NCBI GenBank assembly: GCA_036406595.1
Contig: DASXAR010000061.1
Span: forward strand, 2,566 to 66,565
DNA length: 64,000 nucleotides
Origin: Solirubrobacterales bacterium
GTDB taxonomy: Bacteria; Actinomycetota; Thermoleophilia; Solirubrobacterales; 70-9
Reading direction: 5' to 3'
Shown here: positions 56,534 through 64,000 of the stretch, one piece after another
Layout: every line of letters starts with the position of its first letter
Position numbering within the stretch: the stretch's first letter is position 1
The notes under the pieces: generated by a model
What the model saw: only the letters and a program-made list of their open reading frames with translations
Told to the model about the DNA's origin: nothing
Database searches by the model: none
Program-made: the position numbers and the translations under genes

Positions 56534-58315
56534 ATGCAGCGGGGAACCAAATCGTCCACGCTCGCGGACCTGCTCCCGCGCGCCGCGGAGCTCTATGGCT
56601 CCGCTCCGGCGATCCGCTTCAAGGAGGGGGACGAATGGGTCTCCCGCAGCTTCGTCGAGGTCGCAGAGACGGTGAGGTCGCTCGCCTTCGGGCTGCTCGA
56701 CCTGGGCATCGGGAGGGGCGACAAGGTCTCGATCCTCGGCAACACCAGGGCGGAGTGGACCTACTTCGACTTCGCCGCGCTCTCTATCGGGGCCGTCGTC
56801 GTGCCGATCTACCAGACCAACTCCCCCGAGGAGTGCCATTACGTGCTCGAGAACTCCGACGCGAAGGTCGTCGTGGTCGAGGACGAGGAGCAGCTGGCGA
56901 AGATCCGTGAGGTTCGCGATCGACTGCCGCTGTTGCAGCACGTCGTGCGGATGACCGGCACCAGCGACGACGCGATTGCGATGGCCGACGTCATCGGCAG
57001 GGGCGAGGGCCACGGCGAGGCCGACTGGGAGGAGCGCTGGCGGGCGGTCACGAAGGACGACATCTGCACCTTCATCTACACGTCTGGCACGACCGGGCCC
57101 CCGAAGGGATGCGTGATCACCCACGGCAACTACCGGGCGATGCTCGACATGGTCAACGAGACCAGCGTCATCGAAGGCGAAGACGTCACCTACCTCTACC
57201 TGCCGCTGGCCCACTCCTTCGCCCTGCTGATCCAGCTGGGCAGCTTCGACCTCGGCGCCACCCTCGCCTACTGGGAGCGAGACCCGCTGAAGATCATGTC
57301 GAACCTCGGGGAACTGAGCCCCACCTACTTCCCCTCCGTGCCGCGCATCTTCGAGAAGATCTACACCGCGGCCACCAGCGGCATGGAGAAGGCAGGCGGC
57401 CTCAAGAAGGCGATCTTCAACTGGTCGATCCGGGTCGGCGAAAGGATGCGCGAGACCGAGCGCTCCGGCCGCGAGCCCAACTTCCTGCTGCGCAAGAAAT
57501 ACGAGTTCGCCGACCGGCAGGTGCTGTCGAAAATCCGCGCCCTCTTTGGCGGCAAGCTGCGCCTCGCGGTCTCCGGCGCGGCGCCGATCAACCCCGACAT
57601 CCTGCGCTTCTTCGACGCCGCCGGGGTCCTCGTGCTGGAGGGGTGGGGCATGACGGAGACCTCCACGGCTGCGACGATCTCGTCGCCCGACGATTTCAAG
57701 ATCGGCACGATCGGCAAACCGTTCCCGGGGTGCGAGGTGAGGATTGCCGAGGACGGCGAGATCCTCGTCAGGGGACCCAACGTCTTCCAGGGCTACTACA
57801 AGAACGACGAGGCCACGCGGGAGACGATCGTCGACGGGTGGCTGCACACCGGCGATCTGGGCGAGATCGACCCCGAGGGCTTCATCAAGATCACCGGCCG
57901 GAAAAAGGACATCATCATCACCGCGGGCGGCAAGAACATCACCCCCGCGAACCTCGAGAACGAGATCAAGCAGCACCCGCTCGCCTCCCAGTGCGTGGTG
58001 GTCGGCGACCGGCGTCCCTACCTGGTGGCGCTGGTGACGCTTGACCCCGAAGAGGCGGTGGCCTACGCGAAGGAGCACAACCTGCCCGACGATCCGGCCG
58101 AGCTCGCCGCCGACCCGCAGATCCGCAAGGCCCTCGAGGATCACGTCGCCAGGGTCAACGAGAAGTTTGCCCGCGTCGAGCAGGTGAAGAAGATCGCGAT
58201 CCTCCCCCAGGACCTCTCGCAGGAGAGCGGCGAGCTGACCCCGACGATGAAGGTGAAGCGCGCGGTCGTCGCCCAGAAGCATGAGGGCGAGATCGAGGAG
58301 CTCTACGCGGGCTGA
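56534..58315 (+). CDS. fadD: long-chain fatty acid-CoA ligase (AMP-dependent synthetase)
   Basis: YTSGTTGPPKG AMP-binding motif, GWLHTGDLG and TPTMKVKR. ATG 56534. Confidence 0.9.
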   Translation: MQRGTKSSTLADLLPRAAELYGSAPAIRFKEGDEWVSRSFVEVAETVRSLAFGLLDLGIGRGDKVSILGNTRAEWTYFDFAALSIGAVVVPIYQTNSPEECHYVLENSDAKVVVVEDEEQLAKIREVRDRLPLLQHVVRMTGTSDDAIAMADVIGRGEGHGEADWEERWRAVTKDDICTFIYTSGTTGPPKGCVITHGNYRAMLDMVNETSVIEGEDVTYLYLPLAHSFALLIQLGSFDLGATLAYWERDPLKIMSNLGELSPTYFPSVPRIFEKIYTAATSGMEKAGGLKKAIFNWSIRVGERMRETERSGREPNFLLRKKYEFADRQVLSKIRALFGGKLRLAVSGAAPINPDILRFFDAAGVLVLEGWGMTETSTAATISSPDDFKIGTIGKPFPGCEVRIAEDGEILVRGPNVFQGYYKNDEATRETIVDGWLHTGDLGEIDPEGFIKITGRKKDIIITAGGKNITPANLENEIKQHPLASQCVVVGDRRPYLVALVTLDPEEAVAYAKEHNLPDDPAELAADPQIRKALEDHVARVNEKFARVEQVKKIAILPQDLSQESGELTPTMKVKRAVVAQKHEGEIEELYAG

Positions 58316-58324
58316 GCCGCTGGT

Positions 58325-58353
58325 CAGCTGGACGTGACGGTTGTGCCCAGCTG
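58325..58353 (+). terminator. hairpin CAGCTGG-N15-CCAGCTG just after the fadD stop
   Basis: 7-bp stem starting 10 nt after the stop codon. Confidence 0.4.
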
Positions 58354-58504
58354 GAATTGAGTGCGCTCATCCCTGCGGGCTTCGCGCCGAAGACGCTGCG
58401 GCTCCGCCGCAGCGGCGAAGCCGCGCTCGAAATTCGTCGCTAAGGCTGCAGGCCGTGCGACCTCAATTCGCCGGTTAGGGCAACCGGTCTTCCTCACGCT
58501 TGGA

Positions 58505-59755
58505 CTAAGAAGCCTCGCCGGACTGGCGGAGGAGTGCTGAGGTGGTCTGCTCGAGCACCCGCCGCCAGGCCGAGGTCTGCTCCGGCTCTTCTTCCGATGC
58601 GCGCTCGACGACGCGCCGCACCCGGCGCTCGGAGATCTCCAGGCCGTGCTTCTGGGCGATCTCGTGATAGCGGTCGTAGTCCTGGGCGAGCGTAGCCGTC
58701 ACCGACTCGAACCCGTGCCTGGCGATCGTCAGGCGCCGCGAGTAGTCCATGATCGGGGTCCCGAACATCAGCTCGTCGTCTGTCTCCGGCTCGATCAGGA
58801 CGATGTCGACGCCGGGATAGCGCTCCTGCCACATCTCCACGGCCTGGTGCAGCCGAGCGTGGGCGAGCATGCGGAAGGACTGATTGGCGATCGCCGGCAG
58901 GCCCATGTCCGAGACGCGGCGCACCCGGGTCCCGAAGACGGTCGGGATCGTCGTCTCGAAGTCGTTGATGAAGGGAACGAGCGGATTGACGACGAGGATG
59001 AATTTCGCGCCTTTGCGGACGGCGATGTCGACGTTGGTCGTGCTGCGAACGCCGCCGTCGACCAACTGCCTTCCCTTCAGGTCCACCGGCTTGTACACGA
59101 GGGGCAGGGCGGTCGAGCACTCGACCGCCTTGGAGATCGGCACGTCCTCCCACTCCTCCTCCCCGAAGACGATCCGCTCGCAGGTGTCGAGGTCGGTGGC
59201 CGTCACGTAGAGCTCCGGTTCGACGGTGCGGAAGTCGTTCGAGCGGCCCCGTTCGGAGAGCGCCTCCTCGACGTACTCGTTGATCCCCTCGCCGGAGTAG
59301 AAGCCGGTGGGCAGCGCCTCGGCAAGCCCGACCCCGATGTCGATCGCCGAGAAGTCGCCCATCTGGACCAGCCTGCGCAGCAGCTCGGCCGAGCGCAGCG
59401 GCAGCATCGCCGCCTTCTGGAGGAAGCCGAGATAGTTCGGCTTCAGCACCCTGTCCAGGTCGAGGTCCTCGAGCTGGGAGGGGACCCGCCGGTTGATCAC
59501 CTGCATCATCTCGTCGGGGGTCACCCCGTTGGCGACCATCGCGGCGACGAAGGAGCCGGCGCTGGTGCCGACGTAGACGTCGAAGTCGTTGATCGTGCTG
59601 TTGACCGCGAGCAGGTCGAGGGCGCGAAGGGCGCCGATCTCGTAGACCCCGCCCGTGAAGCCGCCGCCACCCAGCACGAGGGCTGTCTTCGAGGGCCGCT
59701 TGCGCTTGGTCCGCTTGCGGCGCGAGGGGGTGTCGATGTCGACGACCTTGCCCAT
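58505..59755 (-). CDS. patatin-like phospholipase
   Basis: GGGGFTG oxyanion hole, GTSAG nucleophile elbow and DGG. ATG 59755 is preferred (8 nt after the TGAGATAAT extended -10). Confidence 0.85.
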   Translation of the reverse strand: MGKVVDIDTPSRRKRTKRKRPSKTALVLGGGGFTGGVYEIGALRALDLLAVNSTINDFDVYVGTSAGSFVAAMVANGVTPDEMMQVINRRVPSQLEDLDLDRVLKPNYLGFLQKAAMLPLRSAELLRRLVQMGDFSAIDIGVGLAEALPTGFYSGEGINEYVEEALSERGRSNDFRTVEPELYVTATDLDTCERIVFGEEEWEDVPISKAVECSTALPLVYKPVDLKGRQLVDGGVRSTTNVDIAVRKGAKFILVVNPLVPFINDFETTIPTVFGTRVRRVSDMGLPAIANQSFRMLAHARLHQAVEMWQERYPGVDIVLIEPETDDELMFGTPIMDYSRRLTIARHGFESVTATLAQDYDRYHEIAQKHGLEISERRVRRVVERASEEEPEQTSAWRRVLEQTTSALLRQSGEAS

Positions 59756-59763
59756 AAACACGC

Positions 59764-59772
59764 ATTATCTCA
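59764..59772 (-). promoter_or_regulatory. extended -10 TGAGATAAT upstream of the patatin gene
   Basis: Plus strand reads ATTATCTCA. ATG 59755 is 8 nt downstream. Confidence 0.5.
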
Positions 59773-59838
59773 GGGCACTCGGGCGGCGGGGCGGCGCGAA
59801 CACCGCTATTTTGGACGATTCTCGTGTTTGTAGGCCCG

Positions 59839-63898
<4,060 letters not shown>

Positions 63899-64000
63899 GC
63901 GACCGATTTTAGGTGTCGCGTCCGCGGCCCACCGCGCGGCTCGCCCGCAGGTTTGCCTTTAGCTTTCCCCCGGTGCCGACGGTCAGGCTCGAGATCGAAT

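Overview
This is a high-GC (about 70% by eye), Actinomycetota-type chromosomal segment. It is densely coding, with about 70 protein genes and one tRNA-Pro. I saw no transposase, integrase, phage, CRISPR or rRNA signal, so it reads as core chromosome rather than a mobile island.

Recognisable content, in order:
- plsC, glpK and a glycosyltransferase
- a stand-alone biotinyl-carrier protein plus a crotonase
- bioB-bioF-bioD and bioA, split by a divergent MarR/MFS pair
- a small nucleotidyltransferase two-gene module plus a Nudix hydrolase
- LemA, rubredoxin and a ChoD-like oxidase
- sodA
- a GH15 enzyme
- a SigB/SigF-type sigma factor with an RsbW-like kinase and a STAS antagonist
- a 7-kb translationally coupled ctaCDEF-qcrCAB respiratory operon, plus ctaG
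- a PoxB-like / enolase-superfamily / YdiJ-like operon
- mscS
- a second STAS, three DUF2294 paralogs, a SnoaL-like protein and a GAF-PP2C phosphatase
- a sulfotransferase, an aeRF1-like (baeRF) protein and DUF72
- a block of small stress proteins (DJ-1/PfpI, DUF6458, DUF4235, ferritin-like)
- dsbA, fadD, a patatin-like phospholipase, dacB, ligA and surE

The main result comes from reading the non-coding DNA. A SigB/SigF-type promoter signature, (G)GTTT-N15-17-GGGTAG, occurs at least nine times exactly and about five more times with one -35 mismatch. Every copy is intergenic and points at the adjacent gene. In six or seven cases the start codon sits exactly 9-10 nt after GGGTAG, which implies leaderless mRNAs. 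This links the sigma/anti-sigma/STAS/PP2C partner-switching genes, the DUF2294 cluster and many stress-type genes into one dense local regulon. It also supports two unannotated small ORFs.

All family names are from motif recognition by eye and memory; no database search was possible.
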